From contig JALSOH010000006.1 of assembly GCA_026986575.1 (NCBI GenBank), positions 320,001 to 384,000 on the forward strand: DNA of 64,000 nt, in the 5' to 3' direction. Position numbers and translations under genes: made by a program. Source of the DNA: Thermoproteota archaeon (lineage in GTDB: Archaea > Korarchaeota > Korarchaeia > Korarchaeales > Korarchaeaceae). Below are positions 28,288 through 39,849 of the stretch, in pieces. Numbering within the stretch: position 1 is the first letter of the stretch; each line of letters begins with the position of its first letter. A model generated the notes under the pieces. That model did no database searches and had not been told where the DNA came from. It saw only the letters and a program-made list of their open reading frames with translations.

Positions 28288-28316
28288 CTTATATACTGAT
28301 TTACCGGATGGGAAAT
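28288..28316 (+). promoter_or_regulatory. TATA box plus candidate heat-shock repressor operator (leaderless regulator gene)
   Basis: CTTATATA ~25 nt before ATG 28315, followed by TTTACC-N5-GGAAAT. Confidence 0.5.
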
Positions 28317-28830
28317 GAGAGCCGAAGACATAATCGAGGCCCTATCAGGTGAGACTAGGAGGAGAATAGTGTCTATGCTAACAAGGAAACCTCTAACCCT
28401 TAAGGAGATAGCTGATATGCTAGGTATAACCCCACCTGCTGCCTTAAAACACATGAGAGAACTTGAATCCTTGGGTATAGTTGAATCTTACTCGGTCAAC
28501 ATGGGGCCTGGGAGGCCTAGGAAGTACTACAAGATATCACGTTCAATACGCCTAGTCGTGACTTTGACGGAAGACTCCCTCCAGATCAGGGCACTGGAGA
28601 TAGAGCCTACTTCAACCTCTCCATCTAAGGACATAAGGGAGAGATTCGACGAAATCAGATCAAGGCTGGAGAGTTTAGGCAACCTCAACTCCTTTAGCGA
28701 GACGGTGACGAGGACATCTAACTTGATACAAGATATAGATACCCTATTGCTGGAACTTGAGTCTGTAGAGTCTCATCTTCTCTGGATGAGGGAGGAGATC
28801 CTCCGGAATCTGAAGAGATTTTCACGCTGA
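28315..28830 (+). CDS. ArsR-type wHTH heat-shock regulator (HSR1/Phr-like)
   Basis: ALS..TRRRI..ML..KP....EIA..LGITPPA..KH.+ELE..GIV...GRPRKYY; directly upstream of hsp20-cdc48. Confidence 0.78.
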   Translation: MRAEDIIEALSGETRRRIVSMLTRKPLTLKEIADMLGITPPAALKHMRELESLGIVESYSVNMGPGRPRKYYKISRSIRLVVTLTEDSLQIRALEIEPTSTSPSKDIRERFDEIRSRLESLGNLNSFSETVTRTSNLIQDIDTLLLELESVESHLLWMREEILRNLKRFSR

Positions 28831-28836
28831 GTTTGG

Positions 28837-28878
28837 AAAAGTTTTTATATTATTTTAACTCACTGGATAATAGGAGGT
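28837..28878 (+). promoter_or_regulatory. hsp20 promoter: BRE/TATA, candidate operator and Shine-Dalgarno
   Basis: AAAAG-TTTTTATAT, then TTTAAC-N5-GGATAA, then GGAGGT before ATG 28886. Confidence 0.6.
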
Positions 28879-28885
28879 CGAGAGT

Positions 28886-31634
<2,749 letters not shown>

Positions 31635-31681
31635 CCACTCTTTTTTAGGAAACCTTTTTACTTTCCCCTTCAGGAAGCCTT

Positions 31682-32692
31682 ATGCCGATCAGGATCGGGA
31701 TTAATGGATTCGGGAGGATAGGGAGGCAGGTATTCAAGATAGGACAGAGGAACCCGAACTTGGAATTCGTGGCGGTGAACGACATAGCTGATCCCAAGAC
31801 GTTAGCCCACCTGTTAAAGTACGACTCCGTCTTCGGCAGGTATCCCGGGACCGTCGTGGCTGAGGGATCCAGTATACTCGTAAATAGCAAGGAGATCAAG
31901 GTGTTCAGCGTCAGGGACCCGGCGAAGATCCCTTGGGAAGAACTGGGCGTTGATGTGGTGGTAGAGGCCACAGGACTCTTCAGGTCTAGAAGCGATGCAG
32001 CAAAGCATCTTAGGGGCAGCGTCAAGAAGGTGGTGATTACAGCGCCAGCCAAGGGCGAACCTGCAGACTATACAGTTGTTATGGGCGTCAACGAGGACGG
32101 TCTGGATCTGGACAAGCACCATGTGATAAGCAACGCCTCCTGCACTACCAACGCCTTCGCTATGCTGGTCAAAGTGCTGTACGAGAGCTTCGGAATAAGG
32201 AGGGGGTTGATGACCACGGTTCACGCCTACACCAACGATCAGAGGATACTGGACGCGCCCCACAGGGACCTTAGGAGGGCTAGGGCTGCTGCCATGTCCA
32301 TAATACCCACATCCACTGGCGCGGCGAAGGCCATAGAGCTGATATTCCCTGAGCTGAGGGGGAGGCTGGCCGCGATAGCCCTGAGGGTACCCACTCCGGA
32401 TGTGTCCATAGTCGATTTCTCCGCAGAGGTCGAAAGGGAGACCAACATCCATGAGATAAACAGGGCCTTTGAGGAGGCCGCCAGCGGTCCCCTGTCAAGG
32501 TACATAGGAATAGCCCACGATCCCGTAGTATCGGTCGACTTGGTGGGAGATGAGCACAGCGTCATCTTCGATCCCGAGCTTACCCAAGTTGTGGATGGCA
32601 ACTTCGTCAAGGTGTTCGGATGGTACGACAATGAGTGGGGCTATTCGGCTAGAGTGGTCGACCTCCTCGAATATATAGCGAATAAAATGTGA
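31682..32692 (+). CDS. gap: Glyceraldehyde-3-phosphate dehydrogenase, class I (bacterial/eukaryal type)
   Basis: GINGFGRIGR, LLKYDS, SNASCTTN, TTVHAYTNDQ, STGAAKA, RVPT, WYDNEWGYS. Confidence 0.95.
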   Translation: MPIRIGINGFGRIGRQVFKIGQRNPNLEFVAVNDIADPKTLAHLLKYDSVFGRYPGTVVAEGSSILVNSKEIKVFSVRDPAKIPWEELGVDVVVEATGLFRSRSDAAKHLRGSVKKVVITAPAKGEPADYTVVMGVNEDGLDLDKHHVISNASCTTNAFAMLVKVLYESFGIRRGLMTTVHAYTNDQRILDAPHRDLRRARAAAMSIIPTSTGAAKAIELIFPELRGRLAAIALRVPTPDVSIVDFSAEVERETNIHEINRAFEEAASGPLSRYIGIAHDPVVSVDLVGDEHSVIFDPELTQVVDGNFVKVFGWYDNEWGYSARVVDLLEYIANKM

Positions 32693-32707
32693 GATGGGAG
32701 GATCCCC

Positions 32708-35578
32708 TCACTCTATGTAGATGGCTGGTTTCCCGGGTGCGGCCCTCCCGGCCCTCTTTTTAGGATCGTAGGACGGTGAATCCTCGTCCTCGAACACTAT
32801 CTCCAAGCCCAGCTTCTTCTCCAAGAAGGACTTAGCGTCCTTGAGGGCTCCGAGCTCAGCTTCCTTGCTGGGCAGCCACGGCCATCCGCCCGTGGTGAAC
32901 TGTCTGATCAGGTCAACCGCTTGCTTGCTCTTGACCTTGAACCTCTCCTCCTTCATCACCTCAGGTATTATCCTGCGCGGATTGAGTTCATGAACTCTCT
33001 TCAGCTCATCGATCCTCCTAAATAGATCGTACTTCCAGTCTGACGCTAAGTAGAGGTAAAGCCTGCTTCCCTTCACCCCTGAAGAGAGGACGCTCCTCAC
33101 ATCCTCGAGGACATTGGACACGACCTCGTATGAGAGTTCCGCTTCTGGGTATTGGGGCATCTCCTCAGGATCGGGCCACCTAGCGAGGGACACGAAACCC
33201 TCTCCGCCGATTATCTCCCAGATCTCCTCGGCCATGTGGGGCGCGAAGGGGGCGAGTAGTCTGGCCCATATCTTGAGAATAGCCTTGATGATCCCCTCAT
33301 TAGGTCTTTCCTTAGCCTCCAAGTACTCCTCCATCTCGTTGAGGAGCAAGTAGAGTGAGTGCTGTATCGCTTCTCTGCTCCTGCACTCCTCCATGGCCTC
33401 AGTCGTAGCTATTATATGGGTCCTCGTCCTGCTAAGTATCCACTTGTCCCAGAAGTCCTCCGGTTCCTTTCTCTCCTCCGCTCCCGAGAACTGCGTGGCT
33501 ATCTCGTGTATCCTGAACAACCTCTTAAGGGTACTAGCTGCTACCTGAGGAGAGAAGTCAGCATCGGAGAGGAGCTCGGCAGAACCGAGAACGGACAGCC
33601 TGATGGGGTCAGCACCGAACATCTCCACGGCCTCCCTTATCGGTATTATGTTGCCCAATGATTTGGACATCTTCTTTCCTTCCATGGTGACCGAGCCGTT
33701 CACGACTATCTGCCTGGGCCAGAGCTCTTTGGGGAATATGGCTACATGATTGAAGATGAAGAATGTGAGGTGATTCCATATGAGGTCCCTGCCGCTGTGC
33801 CTGGAGTCGAGCGGATACCAGTAGGCGAACTCCTCCTTGAGTCTCTTAAGGACCTCTACATCGATTCCCTTCCTCCTAGCGATGACCTCCGGATCTCCCT
33901 TTCCGAGGAATATGTAGTCGAAGGTCTCGTCGTCCAAGTGGTCAGCGGTAACCAGACCCTCGTTTATGAACTTACTTATCGTGTAGTAGGCCATATAGAT
34001 TGTGGAATCGCTGAGACTCTCTATTATCCAATCGGGATCGAACGGAAGCTTGGTTCCGAGACCGCTCTTTCTAGCACAGGCCTTCTCTCTCATCCAATCT
34101 ATTGCCTCCTCGAACTCCCTCCTGACCTCCTTCGGAACTATCCTCATGTTGTTTAGGGCCTCGTGGGCCAACCTTTTCCATTCAGGTTTAGAGTAGTCGA
34201 TGAACCACTGGTCCTCCACTATGTTCACGACTATCTTAGCTCCGCATCTGCAGTACACGGGAGCATTGGCTATCTCGTAGAACACATAAGCCTTCCCCGC
34301 GGCTATCAGATCTTCCTTAACCCTCTCCTTGGCTTCGCTGACTGGTAAGCCCGCATACTTCCCGGTATTAGATTTCATCCTGCCGGAGTGATATTCCTTA
34401 GAGTAGACGAGCTCGGTGGCCTCCTCAGCCTTCTCGTCCCTTTGGTCTCTGACCCCAAGGGATTCCACGGCGTCCTTGGCCGGGAACTCGCCGAACCCCT
34501 CCACCTCGATTATCGATATCGGCTTAAGGCCATTGAGTACCTCCGAAGGGAGACCGTACCTTTTGAGAGCATCCGGCTTCCTCTTGAGATCCAAGAGAGC
34601 GAGATAATCGTAAGGAGCGTGCCCGGGGACGGACATCACTATGCCAGTCCCGTAATCCGGATCAACGAACTCAGCTGGGAGTATCACGACCTCTTCCCCA
34701 GTCATGGGATTTCTCACTTTCTTCCCCAGCAGATCTCTGCCCCAGATCTCACCGATCTCCCCCTTCACGGGGAACTTCTGGAACTTGAGCTTTATCAGGG
34801 CCTCTTCAGAGACCACCCACTTCTCCCCGTCCACCTCGATGATCTTGTACTTCACCTCCGGATTTATCCAAATATTGGTGACGCCGAGAATGGTCTCAGG
34901 TCTGAAGGTAACGACCGGGATGATAAATTCGTTCTCGAACTTTATCAGAGTGGTCTCAGCGATCTCCGGTTCCACATCACCTATTGTGTCATGCTGACCT
35001 ACCGCATTATTGCACCTCGGGCACCAACCGACAGGATGTCTACCCTTGGTGAGGAGACCTTTCTCGTGGAGCTTGTGGAACTGCCATGTTATGAAGTTAT
35101 TGTAGGGCGGGTCTATGGTAGTGAACTCCCTCCTCCAGTCTATGGAGTACCCCATGAGCTTCATCCCCGACTTGATCTCCTCGTGGAAGTAGCGAGCCAT
35201 CTTGAGCGGGTCCTCCAGCTCCTTTAGCTTCTCCTTGGGTATGTGGAATATCTTTGTGAATATGCGTATGAGTTCCTTGTCACCCTCCCTGAGCCTCTTT
35301 GCCATAGCGAGGATCGGAGTTCCGGTGTAGTGAAAGGCCATGGGGAAGAGCACATTGTAACCCTGCATCCTCTTGAAACGGGCATATGCATCTGTGAGTC
35401 CGTAGGTCCTCCCGTGACCCACGTGTTGCGGGCTGTTGGGATAGGGATAGGCCACGGTAAGGTAAAATTTCTCTCTGCCGTCTGGATCTGCTTCGAATAT
35501 TTTAGCTTCCTCCCACTTGGCCTGCCATTTCCTCTCTATCCGCCTGAGCTTACTGACGAGGTTGGCCTCCGCCTCCAA
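32708..35578 (-). CDS. leuS: Leucine--tRNA ligase (archaeal type)
   Basis: YPYPN..HVGH, DWRREFTT, CP1 GTGIVMSVPGHAPYD, IESLSDSTIY, KMSKS. Confidence 0.97.
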   Translation of the reverse strand: MEAEANLVSKLRRIERKWQAKWEEAKIFEADPDGREKFYLTVAYPYPNSPQHVGHGRTYGLTDAYARFKRMQGYNVLFPMAFHYTGTPILAMAKRLREGDKELIRIFTKIFHIPKEKLKELEDPLKMARYFHEEIKSGMKLMGYSIDWRREFTTIDPPYNNFITWQFHKLHEKGLLTKGRHPVGWCPRCNNAVGQHDTIGDVEPEIAETTLIKFENEFIIPVVTFRPETILGVTNIWINPEVKYKIIEVDGEKWVVSEEALIKLKFQKFPVKGEIGEIWGRDLLGKKVRNPMTGEEVVILPAEFVDPDYGTGIVMSVPGHAPYDYLALLDLKRKPDALKRYGLPSEVLNGLKPISIIEVEGFGEFPAKDAVESLGVRDQRDEKAEEATELVYSKEYHSGRMKSNTGKYAGLPVSEAKERVKEDLIAAGKAYVFYEIANAPVYCRCGAKIVVNIVEDQWFIDYSKPEWKRLAHEALNNMRIVPKEVRREFEEAIDWMREKACARKSGLGTKLPFDPDWIIESLSDSTIYMAYYTISKFINEGLVTADHLDDETFDYIFLGKGDPEVIARRKGIDVEVLKRLKEEFAYWYPLDSRHSGRDLIWNHLTFFIFNHVAIFPKELWPRQIVVNGSVTMEGKKMSKSLGNIIPIREAVEMFGADPIRLSVLGSAELLSDADFSPQVAASTLKRLFRIHEIATQFSGAEERKEPEDFWDKWILSRTRTHIIATTEAMEECRSREAIQHSLYLLLNEMEEYLEAKERPNEGIIKAILKIWARLLAPFAPHMAEEIWEIIGGEGFVSLARWPDPEEMPQYPEAELSYEVVSNVLEDVRSVLSSGVKGSRLYLYLASDWKYDLFRRIDELKRVHELNPRRIIPEVMKEERFKVKSKQAVDLIRQFTTGGWPWLPSKEAELGALKDAKSFLEKKLGLEIVFEDEDSPSYDPKKRAGRAAPGKPAIYIE

Positions 35579-35675
35579 ATATCACCACCTTCTCCACCGG
35601 AATCGCTCAAATGGGACAGTGCCAATGAAAAAGTTACCCTCAGCCTAGTATATGAATGAAAGAAAGAGGGTTCGG

Positions 35676-35909
35676 TCAGTCGTTCTGTCCGCCGCTCCCA
35701 CCATTATCGAGACTGAACACATTGCTTATGAGACCGTCCACCCACTCGACAAAGCTGTTCCAGTTTTCCCAAGCGTTCTGAGGCATTTCCCAGACGAACT
35801 TGGCTGCATTCGCCATGGGAGTGACAACTATCCCCAAGAAGAATGCTAGGGTCACGGCTATGAGGAGAGCCTGCTCCAGCGTGCCGGTAACTCCCTTCCT
35901 CCTCCGCAT
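35676..35909 (-). CDS. Small protein with class III (type IV pilin-like) signal peptide
   Basis: MRRRKG|VTGTLEQALLIAVTLAFFLGIVV: basic leader, KG cleavage site, hydrophobic helix. Confidence 0.6.
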   Translation of the reverse strand: MRRRKGVTGTLEQALLIAVTLAFFLGIVVTPMANAAKFVWEMPQNAWENWNSFVEWVDGLISNVFSLDNGGSGGQND

Positions 35910-35981
35910 GACGTCACCAATTTTTAATTAGGGAGCACGGCATATATGGAACCGACATTACGAGTGAAATGGGAAAGTGTG

Positions 35982-36197
35982 ATGGAAGTGGGCAGGTCAA
36001 AGAAGACGATCAAGATAACTGTGTGTCCCGTTTGTGGGAGCACTAATATAAGGAAGGTCTCCCCCTTCTCTGGCTGGCTACTGCCAGAGGAATATGTCTG
36101 TCTGGACTGTGGTTATAGAGGCCCCATCGTGGCCGAGATAGAGGTGGATGAGGATGAGGCTAAGGGGGATAGAGGATCCAGCGGAAACCATATCTAG
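35982..36197 (+). CDS. Small Zn-ribbon (CPxCG) protein
   Basis: CPVCGS...SGWL.P..YVCLDCGYRGP. Confidence 0.75.
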   Translation: MEVGRSKKTIKITVCPVCGSTNIRKVSPFSGWLLPEEYVCLDCGYRGPIVAEIEVDEDEAKGDRGSSGNHI

Positions 36198-36594
36198 GGT
36201 GATCAGTGACTTGGGACTTGAGGAGTTCACCCGAGTCTCCAGAATGGGAAGGATGATAAGGATCGAGATAATTTACGATCCTCTGGGTCAGGAAAGGCAG
36301 AATTTGATCTCGTTCAAGCACAGGCTGAAGAGACTGGGAGACTCCAGCGATTCAGTCGGTAAACACTTGGTTCAGCAGATAGAATACTTCTTAGAGAGGC
36401 TGGACCGCATAACTCTGGAGAGGGTTCTGGTTGCCGTGTCTTCGTCAGATGGCATACAAAAGTTAGAGAAACAACTAGCCTCCCTCCAGAGAGAAATGGA
36501 AGAGAGGCGAAAAAAGGCGAGGGAAATGAAGAGACTGGTAAGATCCCTGTCATCCTACATAAGAGAATACTTGAGGAATGTGGAAGGAGCCTAA
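36148..36594 (+). CDS. Hypothetical protein with C-terminal coiled coil
   Basis: 148-aa ORF, charged helical C-terminus, overlaps the Zn-ribbon gene. Confidence 0.6.
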   Translation: MRMRLRGIEDPAETISRVISDLGLEEFTRVSRMGRMIRIEIIYDPLGQERQNLISFKHRLKRLGDSSDSVGKHLVQQIEYFLERLDRITLERVLVAVSSSDGIQKLEKQLASLQREMEERRKKAREMKRLVRSLSSYIREYLRNVEGA

Positions 36595-36811
36595 TTTTCA
36601 TCCCCTCGATAAGATTACTTAATGATCACATTATGTTCAAATAAGTCGTTCATCGAAGTAGTAAGGATCCCTAATTATCCTCTCCAGAGAACGTTGGTAA
36701 AATTTGTGGCTTTACTATTGTTATTACATCCTTATACAGCATGAATTTAGCCTAGAGTCGGTAAACATTTATTAAGAATACCGGTGCTAGAGTGAATGAG
36801 GAGGTGGTCAA

Positions 36812-37060
36812 GTGGTATTACTGAAGTCCCATATTCGGATCCTAAAGGAGCTGGTAAAACGCGGCGACAAGGGCATGACTGCCAGTAAGTTAATTGCCAA
36901 GAGGGAGTACCGAGTTAAGGTCATCAAGTACTTGGAGAGTGAGGGCCTGGTGAGGGTCACTTACAGCGGCGGCGGAATGAGAGTCTACGCCACTGAAAGG
37001 GCAAAGAAACTCCTTGAAAGGCTGGAAAAGGAGAAACCCGAGCTCTTGGTCAATACTTGA
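36812..37060 (+). CDS. Small winged-helix DNA-binding protein
   Basis: KYLESEGLVRV...YATERAKKLL wing motif; SD GGAGGTGG and TATA-like TTTATTAA upstream. Confidence 0.65.
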   Translation: MVLLKSHIRILKELVKRGDKGMTASKLIAKREYRVKVIKYLESEGLVRVTYSGGGMRVYATERAKKLLERLEKEKPELLVNT

Positions 37061-37643
37061 ATATTTCCCTGAGGTCTCGCACATAGAGACCCGCACCTTC
37101 TATCTTCCCTCCAACGCATATGGTGAGGCACCCTATCTCCTTCCCGGACCTTACATCCCATTCCATGTCCCCTAGAAATACGCAATCTCCTCCTTTAACA
37201 CCCAATTTTTTCAGGGCATAAACTAACTGTTCTCTCCTGTCCAGAGAGTACTCTCTAGTGACGATCACGTCGAACAGATCGGCTAGATTCATATTCCTCA
37301 GGACTAAAACGGCCGACCTGCTAGCTTGCATTGTTACAAGTCCTATTTGGAGGCCTTCTTTCCTTAAGGAAACGAGGAATTTTCTCAGTTCTTCGTCCTG
37401 TCGGGCCCTCGATGCTGCTTTCAATTCCTCCTCCTCTACTATCTCAAATGCCCGTTTAACCTCATCCTCGTTCCTAGCAGCTATAGGTATGCTCCTCCCC
37501 AAGGGTCTCAGGGGATGATCCCATCCCATCGCCCGCCTAACCCTCTCCCTGAGGGAATCCCAATCTATGCGGAGATCGACTAGGGTTCCATCCAGATCGG
37601 TTATCAGTGCTTTCTTACTCTGAAGAAGTTCACGGATCCGCAC
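37050..37643 (-). CDS. HAD-IA family hydrolase/phosphatase
   Basis: DLDGTLVD, LVT, FLGDMEWD..SG; start uncertain (GTG 37643 or upstream). Confidence 0.8.
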   Translation of the reverse strand: MRIRELLQSKKALITDLDGTLVDLRIDWDSLRERVRRAMGWDHPLRPLGRSIPIAARNEDEVKRAFEIVEEEELKAASRARQDEELRKFLVSLRKEGLQIGLVTMQASRSAVLVLRNMNLADLFDVIVTREYSLDRREQLVYALKKLGVKGGDCVFLGDMEWDVRSGKEIGCLTICVGGKIEGAGLYVRDLREIFKY

Positions 37644-39763
37644 TCCCTGCACTGGAGGTATACTCCATATTTCCCCTTCTTCGGGACCATCACCCCGCCG
37701 CATTTGGCGCACCTCACCGGGCTCTCCTCACAATTACCCAAGCACCTGATGTACTTGAGGGTCTTCTTACTCTTAGTTCTGATCCTTCCCTCCACCAGTG
37801 GGAGACCACACTTGCACTCCTCCCTCAGTATGCGCTCCCCCGGCAGGAGGTTGAACTTTACATCGCAGTCGTCAGGATAGCCAGAGCATATGACGAAGTA
37901 TCCGTACTTGCTCTTCTTGAGGAGGAGATCTCTCCCGCACTTCGGGCATTTCCCTATGATGTTCTGGGATAACCTGTATTCCTGAACAGCCTTGGCCAGC
38001 TTCTCCGAGATTAGCCCTTCCTTACTCTTGAAGTCCCTCATTATCTGCTCCAGTTTCAGTAACGCATCGCTGAGGAAGGAGCTGTGGTCTAACTCCCCTC
38101 TTTCAATCTTTGTCATGGCTTCTTCAAGCTTAGCCGTGAGCTCCGGGCTTGTAAGGTCTGGAACGTACTCCTCAAGCACCTCCGCGACCGCCTCTCCCAG
38201 TGGAGTAGGCTTGAAACTCTTACCTTCTATGTACCCCCTTTCCTTGAGTATGTCCAGTATCTGGACCCTAGTGTTCTTTGTTCCCAGACCCAACCTCTCC
38301 ATCTCCTTGATTATGGAGACCGGGGTGTACCTCTTTGGTGGCTGGGTCTCCTTCTCCTCTATCTTTACGTCGATGCACTTGACTTCCTCTCCATTGTCGA
38401 CCGGAGGCATCGAGTAATCTTTTTTGGCGTATGGATAGACCCTGAGCCATCCCTTCTCTAGCAGAGCGGCGCCGCTAGCCTTAAACCTGTACCCCTCCAC
38501 CACGATCTCCACATTCACCCTCTTGATGAGGGCGTCCGGTGCTAGGGTGGCCAGATTCCTCCTGGCTATTATCTCGTAGACTCTCCTGTGATTTCTACTC
38601 TGGAATTCTTCCTCAGGAGAACCGACTACATGGATGGTCGGGTGGGCTGGATCGTCCTTCTTCCCCTCCACGGGCCTGTCCCTCATGTTCTCTAACACGT
38701 AGGAAGCGTCCTCCTTGAGAGGGGAATAACTTCCTATGAGCTCGACCATCCCGACGAAGTCCTCCTTAGTCCAGTTTTTCGGGTACTTCTGGCTTTCCGT
38801 TCCGATGTAGCTGATGAGACCCGCTTCGTACAATTGCTGGGCGATTCCGGTCGATCGGTCTGCTATTTGCTTCGGGGTCAGCCCCGTTATCCTGCTCACC
38901 TCTATTTGCATGGAGGTACCATCAAAGGGAGGAGGAGGAGCGAGCGAGACCTTCTTAGACCTGACCTTGGCCTTGACCATCCTTCCCCTAATGGCCTCAG
39001 CCGCTCTCTCCGCATACTCCCTACTCCATACCTTCTCCTCACCCTTGGGAGGCGCCAGCTTGACCTCGAATGTCCCCTCTCCACTCTCCATCAGTGCTGT
39101 CACGACGTAATACTTCTTGGGAACGAAGTTCCTGATCTCCCGCTCCCTCTTCACTATGAGGGAGAGGGTAGGTCCTTGAACCCTGCCTGAACTGAGCACC
39201 CTCACCCAGCTCCTCTTCCTTGTGCTCAGGGTGAGCCCCCTCGAGACGTTGGCGCCCCACTGCAGGTCCAACACCCTCCTAGCGAATCCTGCATTAGCTC
39301 TGGGATAGTCAAAGGATTTGAGATTGTGGAAAGCTTCCTTTATCTCCTGAGCGTTCAGGGACGAGAACTCCATCCTGTAGATCTCCTTATTTTCCTCCCA
39401 TCCCAAGGCTCTCATTATCTCGAGGGCTATGGAACTCCCCTCGGCGTCCAAGTCCGTGGCAATGATTATCCTATCAGCCTTCCTCCCCAGCCTCTCTATC
39501 ACCCTTAGAAACTGGCTCTTCCCATCTATCTCCCTTAAGACAAGCTCCTCTGGGGGCAGGATTATCGGATAGACCCACTTACCCTCGGGATAGTCTAGCT
39601 CCAGCAGGTGTCCAGCTGCTGGCACTACCACGTACTCCTCACCACCGAGATCGAAAGTGTAGTAGGTTAATCTGCCGATCTTCTTCTGCTGAGGTTTCTT
39701 CGAGAGGATAGAAGCTATCCTCTTGGCGACCCTTGGCTTCTCTGTGAGTATTAGGGTGGTCAT
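37604..39763 (-). CDS. topA: Type IA DNA topoisomerase with C-terminal Zn ribbons
   Basis: EKP TOPRIM, GHL, ATDLDAEG, SGRVQ.PTL, AQQLYE.GLISY, AHP, GLGT..TR, three Cys-rich C-terminal motifs. Confidence 0.93.
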   Translation of the reverse strand: MTTLILTEKPRVAKRIASILSKKPQQKKIGRLTYYTFDLGGEEYVVVPAAGHLLELDYPEGKWVYPIILPPEELVLREIDGKSQFLRVIERLGRKADRIIIATDLDAEGSSIALEIMRALGWEENKEIYRMEFSSLNAQEIKEAFHNLKSFDYPRANAGFARRVLDLQWGANVSRGLTLSTRKRSWVRVLSSGRVQGPTLSLIVKREREIRNFVPKKYYVVTALMESGEGTFEVKLAPPKGEEKVWSREYAERAAEAIRGRMVKAKVRSKKVSLAPPPPFDGTSMQIEVSRITGLTPKQIADRSTGIAQQLYEAGLISYIGTESQKYPKNWTKEDFVGMVELIGSYSPLKEDASYVLENMRDRPVEGKKDDPAHPTIHVVGSPEEEFQSRNHRRVYEIIARRNLATLAPDALIKRVNVEIVVEGYRFKASGAALLEKGWLRVYPYAKKDYSMPPVDNGEEVKCIDVKIEEKETQPPKRYTPVSIIKEMERLGLGTKNTRVQILDILKERGYIEGKSFKPTPLGEAVAEVLEEYVPDLTSPELTAKLEEAMTKIERGELDHSSFLSDALLKLEQIMRDFKSKEGLISEKLAKAVQEYRLSQNIIGKCPKCGRDLLLKKSKYGYFVICSGYPDDCDVKFNLLPGERILREECKCGLPLVEGRIRTKSKKTLKYIRCLGNCEESPVRCAKCGGVMVPKKGKYGVYLQCRECGSVNFFRVRKH

Positions 39764-39849
39764 ATTCGGGCACCTAGTTCCTCATAGCCGGAGATTAACG
39801 ACGCATTACATGCGCCCTCTCCCCAATATATGGCTGTTTCGGTACCTCC

